Below are positions 30,706 through 40,629 of a DNA stretch of 64,000 nucleotides, piece by piece (position 1 is the first letter of the stretch; every line of letters begins with the position of its first letter). A program made the position numbers and the translations under genes. The stretch spans positions 64,001 through 128,000 of the forward strand of contig CAWEZH010000001.1 of NCBI GenBank assembly GCA_963813535.1. The letters run 5' to 3'. Source of the stretch: an uncultured Chloroflexia bacterium (GTDB lineage: Bacteria > Chloroflexota > Limnocylindria > Limnocylindrales > CSP1-4). The notes beneath the pieces are model-generated. The model was not told the DNA's origin, did no database searches, and saw only the letters and a program-made list of their open reading frames with translations.

Positions 30706-33171
30706 TCAGCGCAGGACGATGAAGCCGTCGAGCGAGACCGAGGGCCGCCCGGACGTGCCGGCGACCCGCAGCTCGATCGTGTGCGTCCCCGAGCTGCTCC
30801 AGCTCCCGACGTAGACGACCTTGCGGTACACGCTCGACTGCGAGTAGAGGTCGACCGTGGACTTGTAGACGCCGTCGATGTACACGGAGAACTTGCCGCG
30901 CGTCGAGTTCGTCGGCGCGACGATGGCGATGCCCCGACCGGTGAACCGGTACCGGGCGGTCGCGCCCGCCTGTCGCGATGAGGTGATCCAGCCACCGGTC
31001 GACGGGCTGTTGGCGTAGCGCGACCATGCGCCGCGATACGTCACGAGCGTCGAACGATCGCTGATCGCCAGCGGCGTGACGGCTGCGGAGGCTTCACGCC
31101 AGACGCTCCAGGAGCCATCGCTGTCCTTGGCACGCACGCGGAAGCGGTACGTCGACCCGAACGACAGCCCCGTGTACGCGACCGCTCTCGATGACGCCGA
31201 CGTCGCGACCGTCCAGCCGTACGTGCCGCCGTTGACGCTCTTCTCGACCTCGTAGCCGACGATCGGGTCGGACGGGTCGGTGGCTGCTGCCCAGGAGGTC
31301 CGCAGGGTCAGGCTGTTCGAGCCGGTGGACGATCGACCCAGGGTCGTCGACTTGTAGACCGATGACGTCGGCGCCTTGGCGGTCGGCATGTCCGAGGCGA
31401 CGTTGACCGTCAGCGTCGCCGATTTCGTTCGACCCCAGTTCGTTCCACTCACCTGGACGTGGTAGGTGCCGGGCTTGGCGTTCGACGGGGCCGTCACCCG
31501 GACCGACCCGCTCCCGGCGGTCCAGCCGTACAGGCTCGGCGTCACGAGCGTCGCGCTCCAGCCCGACGGGACACTGTCCACGCGCAGCCGGACCCGCTCG
31601 AAGAAGGTCGAACTGCGGCTGACGCTGAACGGCACGATCGCCGTCCCGCCCTTCGACGGGATCGACATCGACGAGCCGGCCGCGAGCGAGAACGTGCCGA
31701 GCGTCCCGATGCGGGACACGCTGAGCAACGGCTCATGGTAGTTGTCGGGATCGGTGTGGCGGTACCAGTTCGTGCTGCCGAGATAGCGGAGCGATTCGCG
31801 GACCTCGGACGGCGTCGCGAGCGGGCGCGTGGCCTTGTACAGCGCCACGGCGCCGGTCACATGCGGTGCGGCCATCGACGTGCCCGAGGAATAGCCGTAC
31901 GTCGGCCCGGGCTTGGTCGACCAGATGCATTTGCCCGGCGCGATGAGGTCGACGTCGGAGCCATAGTTGCTGAAGTCGGCGAACGTGTCGTCCCGGTCGT
32001 AGCTCCCCCACGAGTAGCACCGATTGCCACCGCTGCCACCGGCCTTGCCGTCGGTGTCGGCGAGGGCCGAGACCGTGATGGCCTGGTTGTAGGCGGCGGG
32101 GACGTATCCGGCGGCGCTCCGGCGCTCGTTCGCGGCCGCCGCGACGACCGTGATGCGGGCCGTGTACAGCCGGCAGATGGCCGCGTGGAGGACATCCCTG
32201 TTGGATGCGCCGCAGTTCCCGTCATCGGAGCCGGCCTTGGCCACGCTCATGTTGACGGCCTCGATCATCGGTCGCGATGGGTCGTTCGGGTCGCGCTGGG
32301 ACAGGATCCAATCGAGTCCGCAGACGTACCAGGACAGCAGGCCGCTGCCGCTCGAGTTGAGGATGCGCACGGCCCACAGGCGGACGCCGGGCGCGACGCC
32401 CACGACGCCCCAGGTGTTGTCCTTCGCACCGACCGTGCCCGCGACGTGCGTACCGTGCCCGTTCTCGTCGTACCAGCGGGTCCGATCGGCGGTGCTGCAG
32501 TTGTAGCCACCAGCGATGTTCAAGTCGGAGTGCGGCCCGATCCCGGTATCGACGATGGCCACGTCGGCATCGACCCGCTCGTCGAGGCCGTTGATCTTGG
32601 CGAGCGCCGAGGTCGTCGCACCGACCCGCGGGACGCCGGTCGGCATCGACTGGGCGGTGATCTCGATGACTTCGTCCGGGACCACGGCGACGACCTTGGG
32701 ATCCGCGAGCAATGCAGCCCGTTGCGCCTTGTCGAGCTTGGCCGTGAACCCGCGGAACGCGTTCTTGAACGATCGATCCGCGCGGGTGCCCTCACGCTGG
32801 CGGTGCTTGGCCAGGACGGTCGCCGGATCCGTGCCGCCGGCCAGCATCACGATGTACCGACCCGTGGCGATCGGGCGGCCCGCGGAGTCGACGCTCGGCG
32901 GGGCCGGTTTGGAGGTCGACGCTGTCGGTGACGGATCAGCGACCGGTGCCGGGAGCGTCGCCTCGGGGGATGTGGTCGGCGTCGGGGTCGTGTCCGGTTC
33001 GGTGGTTGCCTGGGGCGTCGGCTCCGGGGACGGCGTCACCTCGACGCGCGGCGACGGCCCGACCTCGGGCGTCGGCTCGGCGACGGGCGGCGACGGATCG
33101 GCGGCAGCGACCGGCGAGACGATGGGGAGCGAGACCACTGCGGCCAGGGCAAAGGCTGCGAAGCGGCGCAT
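30706..33171 (-). CDS. Secreted S8 subtilisin-like peptidase with I9 propeptide, FN3-like domain and C-terminal beta module
   Basis: Signal peptide; IVDTG, HGTHVAG, GTSMAAPHVTG triad. Confidence 0.92.
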   Translation of the reverse strand: MRRFAAFALAAVVSLPIVSPVAAADPSPPVAEPTPEVGPSPRVEVTPSPEPTPQATTEPDTTPTPTTSPEATLPAPVADPSPTASTSKPAPPSVDSAGRPIATGRYIVMLAGGTDPATVLAKHRQREGTRADRSFKNAFRGFTAKLDKAQRAALLADPKVVAVVPDEVIEITAQSMPTGVPRVGATTSALAKINGLDERVDADVAIVDTGIGPHSDLNIAGGYNCSTADRTRWYDENGHGTHVAGTVGAKDNTWGVVGVAPGVRLWAVRILNSSGSGLLSWYVCGLDWILSQRDPNDPSRPMIEAVNMSVAKAGSDDGNCGASNRDVLHAAICRLYTARITVVAAAANERRSAAGYVPAAYNQAITVSALADTDGKAGGSGGNRCYSWGSYDRDDTFADFSNYGSDVDLIAPGKCIWSTKPGPTYGYSSGTSMAAPHVTGAVALYKATRPLATPSEVRESLRYLGSTNWYRHTDPDNYHEPLLSVSRIGTLGTFSLAAGSSMSIPSKGGTAIVPFSVSRSSTFFERVRLRVDSVPSGWSATLVTPSLYGWTAGSGSVRVTAPSNAKPGTYHVQVSGTNWGRTKSATLTVNVASDMPTAKAPTSSVYKSTTLGRSSTGSNSLTLRTSWAAATDPSDPIVGYEVEKSVNGGTYGWTVATSASSRAVAYTGLSFGSTYRFRVRAKDSDGSWSVWREASAAVTPLAISDRSTLVTYRGAWSRYANSPSTGGWITSSRQAGATARYRFTGRGIAIVAPTNSTRGKFSVYIDGVYKSTVDLYSQSSVYRKVVYVGSWSSSGTHTIELRVAGTSGRPSVSLDGFIVLR

Positions 33172-33340
33172 GGATTCTCCGGCTCGATGCGTCCTCGGAC
33201 GAGCCGACCGCCCGTTTCCGAACGCGCGCCTGACTCGCTTACATCATCCCGCACCTGCCAACCCACGCGTAGCGCCCGGTGGTCCGGGTCACCCCTAGGC
33301 ATCCCGTCCCAACCGCACCGCACCAGGCGAGCGCCTGGGA

Positions 33341-34591
33341 CTAGTTCGCCGCCGTCCGGATCTCGGCTTCCGCCTCGCCGACTCGAGCGAGGATCGTGGC
33401 CCGCATCTCATCGAGACCGACCGATACGGTCTTGGTCGCATTCGAGATCGACGTGAGCTGCGACTTCAGCTGCCGCACCGCCTCGAGCTGTTCCCGGATA
33501 GCGGTGAGCGCCGTCGCGATCGCCGCAGCATCGACCGTCATGTCGCGCTCGGCCAGCGACGCAAGGGCCAGCAGCCGAGCCAGGCGGATGGCGGCCTCGA
33601 GCGTCGCCGGCTCGGGCGCCTCCGGATCGATGACGCAGTACACGTCGCCACCGACCAATGTGAACGGCGCGACCCCACTCGGGGCATGCGCCGGCGTGAA
33701 GACGGCGACCGCCACGGCCGCACCGCGGTTCTCCCGGGCCTCGCGCAGCTCGTCGCGCATGGCGCGCATCGACATCGGCCGGTCTTTTGCCTCGATCACG
33801 ACCCGCAGGTCGCAGCCGCGCGCGACGTTCGCGTCGATCGTCAGGACGAAGTCGCCCTTCTTCGAGCGCATGACCGCGCCCGCCCCGAGCGTCGTGCGGT
33901 CGAGCAGGTCGCCCGAGCCGCGGGCGATGTCACCGAGCAGCTCGGCGAGCAGGTCCTCGAAGTCGATGCCCTTCGCCGCGGACCGGGCGCGCTCGGCTCC
34001 CCGGGCGGCGGCCGCGGCCTCGATCGCGATGAGCCGCTCCTCGATGCCCTTGAACCCGGCGGTGATCTCCTGCCGGAACTGGTGCATCGGCGAATTGAGT
34101 CGCGTGGGGTCGAGCAGCAAGGCGAGCTTCGATGCGTCGCCGTCGAAGTAGCGCTCGAGCATCGACCCGATGCGCCCGATCGCGCTGTCCCGCTTCTTCT
34201 CGTCGAACAGCTCGTCGACCATCGACCGCAGCGCGCCCCGATCGCCGAGGAACCGTTCGAGCGTCCGCGGCAGCCGGCCGTCGCCATCGGCGAAGTTGGC
34301 GCGCAGCGTCTGCTCGAGCGCGGTCGCGGCGCGCTCGTTGGCCTGCTCGGCCTGCCGCATCATCCGCTCGAACTCCGAACGGACCGCATCGACGTTGACG
34401 GTCACGCCGGCATCCTGGAGGGCGATGAGCCCGATGCGCAGCGCGCGCTCGGCGAGCGGGCCGCGATCCGGTGCCGGTCGTTCCCCGAGGAACGCGGCAA
34501 GCGTCGGGTCCGAGATCGACAGGCCTTCGATCACGATGCGGTCGCCCTCGAGCCTGACCATCGGGTGCAGTGGGATGACGTGTGCTTCCAT
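33341..34591 (-). CDS. Coiled-coil protein with a PD-(D/E)XK nuclease-like domain (RmuC/DUF2130-like)
   Basis: KGIDFE...KKGDFV...VVIEAKD motif set flanked by long helical regions. Confidence 0.65.
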   Translation of the reverse strand: MEAHVIPLHPMVRLEGDRIVIEGLSISDPTLAAFLGERPAPDRGPLAERALRIGLIALQDAGVTVNVDAVRSEFERMMRQAEQANERAATALEQTLRANFADGDGRLPRTLERFLGDRGALRSMVDELFDEKKRDSAIGRIGSMLERYFDGDASKLALLLDPTRLNSPMHQFRQEITAGFKGIEERLIAIEAAAAARGAERARSAAKGIDFEDLLAELLGDIARGSGDLLDRTTLGAGAVMRSKKGDFVLTIDANVARGCDLRVVIEAKDRPMSMRAMRDELREARENRGAAVAVAVFTPAHAPSGVAPFTLVGGDVYCVIDPEAPEPATLEAAIRLARLLALASLAERDMTVDAAAIATALTAIREQLEAVRQLKSQLTSISNATKTVSVGLDEMRATILARVGEAEAEIRTAAN

Positions 34592-34597
34592 GCACCG

Positions 34598-34634
34598 ACC
34601 GTAGGACCCACCCGTGACAACTAGGTTGTCACGG
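34598..34634. promoter_or_regulatory. Divergent promoter region: PafBC/RecA-NDp-like promoter (minus strand) overlapping a 9-bp inverted repeat
   Basis: Minus strand TTGTCAC-GGGTGGGTCC-TACGGT-6 nt-ATG; CCGTGACAA-ctagg-TTGTCACGG at 34612-34634. Confidence 0.55.
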
Positions 34635-34665
34635 CTTCGTCGCGGTCCGCGTACGATGGCGCCTG

Positions 34666-36654
34666 ATGCGTCGAACCCGTCACGCGTTCCTGCTCATGGT
34701 CGCGCTCGCGACGGGCCTCCTCGCTCCGACGGGGGCCCTTGCTGCTGACCCGCCCGTCCCCGTCGGTGCCCAGGACGAGATCCTCGTCCGGTACCGGCCG
34801 GATACGACGTCGGCCGAACGCCGCGCGGTCGCACGCGAGCACGACCTCAGCCAGGTCTCATCGAGCCGGACCGGTCGGACTGCGGTCGTTCGCGGCAAGG
34901 GCGTGTCCCCGGCGACCGTCCGCCGCTTGCTCGCCGCGGACCCGCGCGTCGTGGCCGTCGGCCGCAACTACCGGCGCGAGCTCCAGGCCGATCCGACCGA
35001 CCCGGGTTTCAGATATGAGTGGGGTCTCCACAACACGGGCCAGCGGATCGATGGCATCGAGGACGTCTCCGGCGTCTCCGATATCGACATCGATGGCCTC
35101 GAGGCGCTGCGCGTCGAGCACGGCAGCTCGGACATCGTGGTCGCCGTCATCGACGACGGTGTCGACTTCACCCATCCCGACCTCGCCGCCCGCGCGTGGG
35201 ACAACCCCGGTGAGACGCCTGGCGATAGCACGGACAACGACGGCAATGGCTTCGTCGACGACGTGCACGGCTGGGACTTCTGCCACGACGACGCCTCGCT
35301 CCACGACGCCAACAAGGACGGCCACGGGACGCATGTCGCCGGCACGATCGGCGCGACCATCAACGGCGATGGCGTCGTCGGCGTGGCGCCCGGCGTCACG
35401 ATCATGGGCATCAAGTTCATCGAGGAGGGCAACGACAACTGCGGCCTGGACAGCCAGGCCATCGACGCCATCGAGTACGCCGCTGACGAGGGAGCGACGC
35501 TCATCAATGCCTCGTGGGGTGGGACCGGCCTGAACCCGGTGCTCGACATGACGATCGCGGACTCCGGCCTCCTGTTCGTGGCAGCTTCCGGCAACGCCGG
35601 CCGCGACCTGGACGCCCCGCATGTCGACTTCTACCCCGCCGAGTCGAACGCACCGAACGTCCTAAGCGTCGGTGCGATCGACCAGAACGGCGAACTGGCG
35701 GAGTTCACCAACTACGGGGCGACCGCGGTCGACCTGATGGCCCCGGGCACGAACATCCTCTCGACGTATCCACCGATCGCCGGATGTCCGGCGCCGTGCT
35801 ACGTCTGGAGTGCCGGTACGTCGATGGCCGCTCCCCACGTGACCGGCATCGCGGCCCTTGTGCTGAGCAGGATGAGCACGCCTCCGACCGCGGCCGCGCT
35901 GCGATCCTTCGTCCTGACCCGTGCCCTCCCCCTCGCGCAGGCAGGTTGTTACAGCTCGACGGGCCGGCTCGCCAACGCGCTGCGGGCCGTGACCTCGGCC
36001 GGACCGACCGCCATCCCGCCCTGCACGTGGAAGTTCGACGTCGGCTCTGCGGTCGGCAGCAGCATCAGCGCGACGCTGTCGTGGCCGGCCGCGACCGGCA
36101 ACCTCAGCGGTGTGTCGTATTCGGTGCTGCGCCGGCGGGAAGGCGGGTCGTGGACCACGATCGCGACACAGACGTCGCGGTCGATCAGGCAGTCGCTCAG
36201 CCTCGGAACGGCATACCGGTACGCGCTCAGGACAAGGTCGTCGAACGGGTCGCTGGGGCCGACCGCCTACGCGCAATACGTGGAACCCGCCCTTTTCCAG
36301 GAAGCCACGAGCCTCGCTCGCTACTCGGGTCGCTGGACCACCACGACCTCGAGCTCGGCATCAGGCGGCAAGCTGCGCTGGTCGACCCAGGCCGGCGCGT
36401 GGGTCGAGTTCCGCCGCGCTGCGAGCGCGATCGCCATCGTCGGCCGCAAGAGTCCGACGAGCGGCAAGGCACGGATCTTCGTCGATGGCACGCTCGTCTC
36501 GACGATCGACCTCTACCGCTCCTCGGCGCAATCGAGGGTCGTGCTCTTCAGCCGGTCCTGGACGACCATCGCCGCGCACACGGTCCGCGTCGAGGTGGTC
36601 GGCACCTCCGGCCGTCCACGGGTCGACGTGGACGGGTTCGCCGTCTTCCGCTAG
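34666..36654 (+). CDS. Secreted S8 subtilisin-like peptidase
   Basis: VIDDGVD..HPDL, DNDGNGFVDD.HGWDF, HGTHVAG, GTSMAAPHVTG; C-terminal module like that of 30706-33171. Confidence 0.92.
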   Translation: MRRTRHAFLLMVALATGLLAPTGALAADPPVPVGAQDEILVRYRPDTTSAERRAVAREHDLSQVSSSRTGRTAVVRGKGVSPATVRRLLAADPRVVAVGRNYRRELQADPTDPGFRYEWGLHNTGQRIDGIEDVSGVSDIDIDGLEALRVEHGSSDIVVAVIDDGVDFTHPDLAARAWDNPGETPGDSTDNDGNGFVDDVHGWDFCHDDASLHDANKDGHGTHVAGTIGATINGDGVVGVAPGVTIMGIKFIEEGNDNCGLDSQAIDAIEYAADEGATLINASWGGTGLNPVLDMTIADSGLLFVAASGNAGRDLDAPHVDFYPAESNAPNVLSVGAIDQNGELAEFTNYGATAVDLMAPGTNILSTYPPIAGCPAPCYVWSAGTSMAAPHVTGIAALVLSRMSTPPTAAALRSFVLTRALPLAQAGCYSSTGRLANALRAVTSAGPTAIPPCTWKFDVGSAVGSSISATLSWPAATGNLSGVSYSVLRRREGGSWTTIATQTSRSIRQSLSLGTAYRYALRTRSSNGSLGPTAYAQYVEPALFQEATSLARYSGRWTTTTSSSASGGKLRWSTQAGAWVEFRRAASAIAIVGRKSPTSGKARIFVDGTLVSTIDLYRSSAQSRVVLFSRSWTTIAAHTVRVEVVGTSGRPRVDVDGFAVFR

Positions 36655-36661
36655 CCCGAGG

Positions 36662-37021
36662 TCAGGAACCCCGGTACGTCGTCATCGAGTACGACGCGAG
36701 CAGCAACGGGACGTGGTAGCTCCGCTCGATGTCGGTGATCCGCATGTCGACCGCCACCTTCGTGAAGAACGAGCCGTCCTCGTGCGCCACGTCGAATTCG
36801 ATCCGGTAGTCGCCGACCTGCAGCGGTCGCTCGAGGAGATCGCGGACTCGGCCGTCGGCGTCGGTCAGTGCCTGCGTCATCCGGATCGGTCCCTGGTCGC
36901 CGATGTCGGTTCGGTAGAGCGCGACGCGGACACCGGCCGCAGGCACCCCCCGTTCCGTGTCGAGGACATGCGTGCTGATCGTCGGGCGTTGCTCCTGCGG
37001 CGTTCCGGGCTCGGCGGTCAC
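36662..37021 (-). CDS. uraH: 5-hydroxyisourate hydrolase (transthyretin-like)
   Basis: ISTHVLDT..G.PAAG, TDADGR, YHVPLLL, C-terminal YRGS. Confidence 0.95.
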   Translation of the reverse strand: MTAEPGTPQEQRPTISTHVLDTERGVPAAGVRVALYRTDIGDQGPIRMTQALTDADGRVRDLLERPLQVGDYRIEFDVAHEDGSFFTKVAVDMRITDIERSYHVPLLLASYSMTTYRGS

Positions 37022-37035
37022 GCTATCCTCCCGGC

Positions 37036-37461
37036 ATGGGGACACTGCGGATCGAAGTCGGTGACCTGCACTTTAGCGCTCGCTGGGAGCCCGATGCTCC
37101 CCAGACGATCGAGGCGATCCGCCGGATGCTGCCGATCGATTCGCGACTGATCCACTGCCGTTGGTCCGGGGAATCGACCTGGATCCCGTACGGCGACTTC
37201 CGTCCGGGCATCGACTACGAGAACCACACCTCACACCCGTCCCCGGGCATGCTCGCCATGTACCCGGGCGGCATCAGCGAGTGCGAGATCTTCTTCCCGT
37301 ACGGCGCGTGCACGACGTCCTCGAAGGTCGGCCAGCTGGCGGCCAATCACTTCGCCACGATCATCCCTGACGACGACTGGCAGGATCGACTGCGGGAAGT
37401 CGGGCGCAGGGCACTCTGGGACGGCGCCCAACCGATCCGGATCAGCGAATCGGAGGCCTGA
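37036..37461 (+). CDS. DUF3830-family cyclophilin-like protein
   Basis: IHCRWSGES.WIP, ENHTSHP.PG...YPGGISECEI...YG...SKVGQLAANHF. Confidence 0.8.
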   Translation: MGTLRIEVGDLHFSARWEPDAPQTIEAIRRMLPIDSRLIHCRWSGESTWIPYGDFRPGIDYENHTSHPSPGMLAMYPGGISECEIFFPYGACTTSSKVGQLAANHFATIIPDDDWQDRLREVGRRALWDGAQPIRISESEA

Positions 37462-37555
37462 TGCAACTCGATGACAGGCCTGGGGATGCGCCGGCCGGGG
37501 ATGGCGGCTCAGGAGACGGCGGAGGCGGCGGCGGGGGTGACGGCGGCGGCGGCGG

Positions 37556-38959
37556 TTGACCGACCTCCTCATTCGCGGCGGTACGGTCGTGACCGCCGGC
37601 GGATCGCGAACAGCTGACCTGTCGGCCGACGGCGGTCGCATCACCGCCATCGAGCCATCCCTCGAGGGTCCGGCGGTGGAGGCCGACCGCGTGATCGATG
37701 CGACCGGGATGCTGGTGCTCCCCGGTGTCGTCGACGTCCACACGCATACCCGCGTCGCGAGCGACCAGGAGCCCGATCGCTTCTTCCAGGATTCAGTCGC
37801 TGCCGCGTACGGCGGGACGACGTCGTTCCTCTCGTTCAACAACCCCGGCACGGGATCATCGCCGGCGGCCGAACGCTCGCTCCTCACCGGCCTCACCGAA
37901 TGGCGCGCGGCGACGGATGCCGACAGCGCCATCGACTACGGTCTCTCGCTTGCCATCTCCGGCCATGCCGACGACCCGCTGGACGAGCTTCCGGCCACCA
38001 TCGACGCCGGTGTCGCCACCTCCAAGGCCTTCATGGTGTTCGACTTCCGCCTGCCCGACCAGCAGCTCTTCGATGCGATGCACGTGATGGCGGAGCGCGG
38101 CGGGATGCTGCAGGTGCACTGCGAGGATCCCATCCTCCTGGATGCCGCCGTCGCGTCGGCACTGCGGCGCGGAGACACGCTGCCACGTCACCACGCTACA
38201 TCGCGTCCGCCGTACGTCGAGGCTGTCGCGACGGCTCGGGCGCTCGCGTTCGCCCGTGCCACGGACTCGCCAGTACACGTCGTCCACCTGTCGTCGGCAG
38301 CGGCACTCGACGAGGTCAGGCGCGCCCGGGCCGCGGGCGTTCGGGTGACGGCGGAGACCTGTCCCCACTACCTCGTGCTGACCGAGGAGCGGTACGAGGA
38401 GCCCGACCCGGTGCGCTGTGCGTGCTACCTCATCTCGCCGCCGTTGCGCTCGGCGGCCGACCGCGACGCGCTGTGGGTGGGCCTGGCCGACGGTTCGCTC
38501 GATCTCGTGGCGACCGACCATGTCCCGGATCGCGTCGGCGTCGAGAAGGCCGAGGCTGGCGCCGGCGTCGCCTTCGACCGGATCAGCAACGGCGCACCCG
38601 GCATCGAGACGCTGCTGACACTCGTATACAGCGAGGGCGTCGCCCGCGGCCGGCTGACCGTGGAGCGGATGGTCGACCTGCTGTCGACCACGCCTGCCGC
38701 CCGCTTCGGCTTACCTCGCAAGGGTGCCCTGGAGGTCGGCCGCGACGCCGACATCGTGGTCTTCGACCCGTCAGCGCATCGCACGATCCGGGCCACCGAC
38801 CTCCACCACACCAGCGACTACACCCCCTACGAGGGGCTCGAGGTCACCGGTGCCGTCCGGGACGTGTTCGTCCGCGGGGACCCTGTCGTCACCGACGGCG
38901 CTTTCGTCGGTCGACGCGGGTTCGGGCGGTTCATCGAGCGAGGGCCGATCGGAGCCTAG
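37556..38959 (+). CDS. Cyclic amidohydrolase (dihydropyrimidinase/allantoinase family)
   Basis: PGVVDVHTH, GGTT, SKAFM, HCED, VHLSS, ETCPHYL, SPPLR, ATDH, DADIVVFDP. Confidence 0.88.
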   Translation: MTDLLIRGGTVVTAGGSRTADLSADGGRITAIEPSLEGPAVEADRVIDATGMLVLPGVVDVHTHTRVASDQEPDRFFQDSVAAAYGGTTSFLSFNNPGTGSSPAAERSLLTGLTEWRAATDADSAIDYGLSLAISGHADDPLDELPATIDAGVATSKAFMVFDFRLPDQQLFDAMHVMAERGGMLQVHCEDPILLDAAVASALRRGDTLPRHHATSRPPYVEAVATARALAFARATDSPVHVVHLSSAAALDEVRRARAAGVRVTAETCPHYLVLTEERYEEPDPVRCACYLISPPLRSAADRDALWVGLADGSLDLVATDHVPDRVGVEKAEAGAGVAFDRISNGAPGIETLLTLVYSEGVARGRLTVERMVDLLSTTPAARFGLPRKGALEVGRDADIVVFDPSAHRTIRATDLHHTSDYTPYEGLEVTGAVRDVFVRGDPVVTDGAFVGRRGFGRFIERGPIGA

Positions 38960-39509
38960 GGACGGCACTTCCACCGAGCATCACGTCGAGGCCCAACAGG
39001 ATCCAGCCGATCCCGTTGAGTGCGACCCCGATCAGCGAGATCGGGCCGAAGATCGTCGGGTTCGCGGGCGAGGTCAGCTCAAGATGGCTCATCCCGAGGA
39101 TCGCGAGCAGCGAGCCGACGCCGAGCGCGAGCGCTCCCCATCTGGTGACGGCCCCAAGTCGGAGGGTCACGAACCCGAACGCTGCGTCCGCGAGCCACAT
39201 CGCGAGCCCGGCGTAGAACATGACCAGCCGGAACTCGGGATCCGGGTCGGGTGCGACCGGCCGGCCGGTCGACAGCAGGATCATCACGAGGTACCAGCCG
39301 TTCGCGGCGATCGCCGCCGCGGCGACGAGAGACGACAGTCGCATCCCTGACGACGCCTGCCGTCGATGGACCGCGACAACCACGGCGATGGCACCGATGT
39401 TGAAGAGGACCAGGCGCAACGTGGAGACTCCGTCGGGGATGCCGATCACGAATGCGGACAGCAGGAACGTGCCACCGACGATGCCGGCTGCCCCAAGCAG
39501 GCGGCTCAT
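38931..39509 (-). CDS. Hypothetical membrane protein
   Basis: About 6 TMs; ATGA coupling to the upstream gene. Confidence 0.7.
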   Translation of the reverse strand: MSRLLGAAGIVGGTFLLSAFVIGIPDGVSTLRLVLFNIGAIAVVVAVHRRQASSGMRLSSLVAAAAIAANGWYLVMILLSTGRPVAPDPDPEFRLVMFYAGLAMWLADAAFGFVTLRLGAVTRWGALALGVGSLLAILGMSHLELTSPANPTIFGPISLIGVALNGIGWILLGLDVMLGGSAVPRLRSALAR

Positions 39510-40285
39510 GTCGGACTGGCCATGGCCGACGGACGGTCGAGCCGGACGGCCGCGATCCCGAGGACGATCCAGCCAGCGAGGAAGCAGGCGATGGCGCCAA
39601 GCATCAGGACCCCACCGACATCCCAGGCGACTGTGAACGTGGCCACCCAGGCGACTGCGCCCAACGCCGGACCGACGGCCAGCAGGACGGCTCCCGTCCG
39701 TGACAGAACGCCCGAGCGGAACGTGGCGAGGCCGAAGAGGGCGAACCCGATGATGGCGGCGACGCCGCCGAGCGCATAGGCCATGGCCGCGAAGGCCTGG
39801 CCCTCCACGGTCACGTCGCCCTCGTTCACGGCGATGAGCGCGATCATCCCGATCGTGTACGCGATCGCGCCGACGGCAGCAAAGGCGAATGCCGTCCAGA
39901 CGAGGCGCGGCAACGCTCGAGCCTGGAACGCGCTCAGGATGGTGAGAGCTATGAGGAGGGCTGCGAGCCCGACGAAGATCAAGGCGACGAGGGCACGGCC
40001 GTCCAGTGGTAGGGCCCCGAAGACGGTACTGAACCAGGAGACCCCGAGGATCACGGCCCCGAGGATGGCGGCGATGCCGCCGACACGAAGCGACATGGGA
40101 AGTCCCCTTCCTTTCGAGGGTGAGGCGCCGGGCCGGCGCGACCGGAGTCGCGCATCGAGCGCGCCGAGGAGGATGTCCGCCACGTCGTACGGTCCGAGCG
40201 GGCGCTCCTCGAGGATCGCCAGGAACTCGTCGCCGTAGCGCTCCCGCCAGCGGGCGGGATAGCAGCGGACCAGGATGGTTCTCAT
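39506..40285 (-). CDS. PadR-associated membrane protein
   Basis: N-terminal YPARWRERYGDEF motif typical of genes downstream of padR; about 6 TMs. Confidence 0.75.
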   Translation of the reverse strand: MRTILVRCYPARWRERYGDEFLAILEERPLGPYDVADILLGALDARLRSRRPGASPSKGRGLPMSLRVGGIAAILGAVILGVSWFSTVFGALPLDGRALVALIFVGLAALLIALTILSAFQARALPRLVWTAFAFAAVGAIAYTIGMIALIAVNEGDVTVEGQAFAAMAYALGGVAAIIGFALFGLATFRSGVLSRTGAVLLAVGPALGAVAWVATFTVAWDVGGVLMLGAIACFLAGWIVLGIAAVRLDRPSAMASPT

Positions 40286-40605
40286 GGCTCGGTGTTGCGG
40301 AGCTGTCGGAGCCCGCGCTGGGCGAACTCGGACAGGCCGTGGAGCTGTTCGGCGAGCATCGTCGCGCCGACCGCGGTCAGGCGGTACGGCCGGCGCCGGT
40401 CGATCGGCGGCAAGGGTTCGACGAAGCCCTGCTCCTCGAGTCGCGCGATGGCCGCGTACAGGGTGCCGGGACCCATCGGCCGGCCGGTCCCAGCCTCGAC
40501 GTCCTGCATGATCGCGTAGCCGTGCTTCGGCCCGTCGCTCAAGCTGACGAGGATGAGCAGTGACGGTTCGGTGAACCGTCCGAACTCAGGGGTCGTGGTA
40601 GACAT
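40282..40605 (-). CDS. PadR-family transcriptional regulator
   Basis: ILVSL.DGPKHGYAIM, GPGTLY..I.RL...G, RRPYRLT..G. Confidence 0.92.
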   Translation of the reverse strand: MSTTTPEFGRFTEPSLLILVSLSDGPKHGYAIMQDVEAGTGRPMGPGTLYAAIARLEEQGFVEPLPPIDRRRPYRLTAVGATMLAEQLHGLSEFAQRGLRQLRNTEP

Positions 40606-40629
40606 CGCTCTCCGCTCTTACGACTGTCG

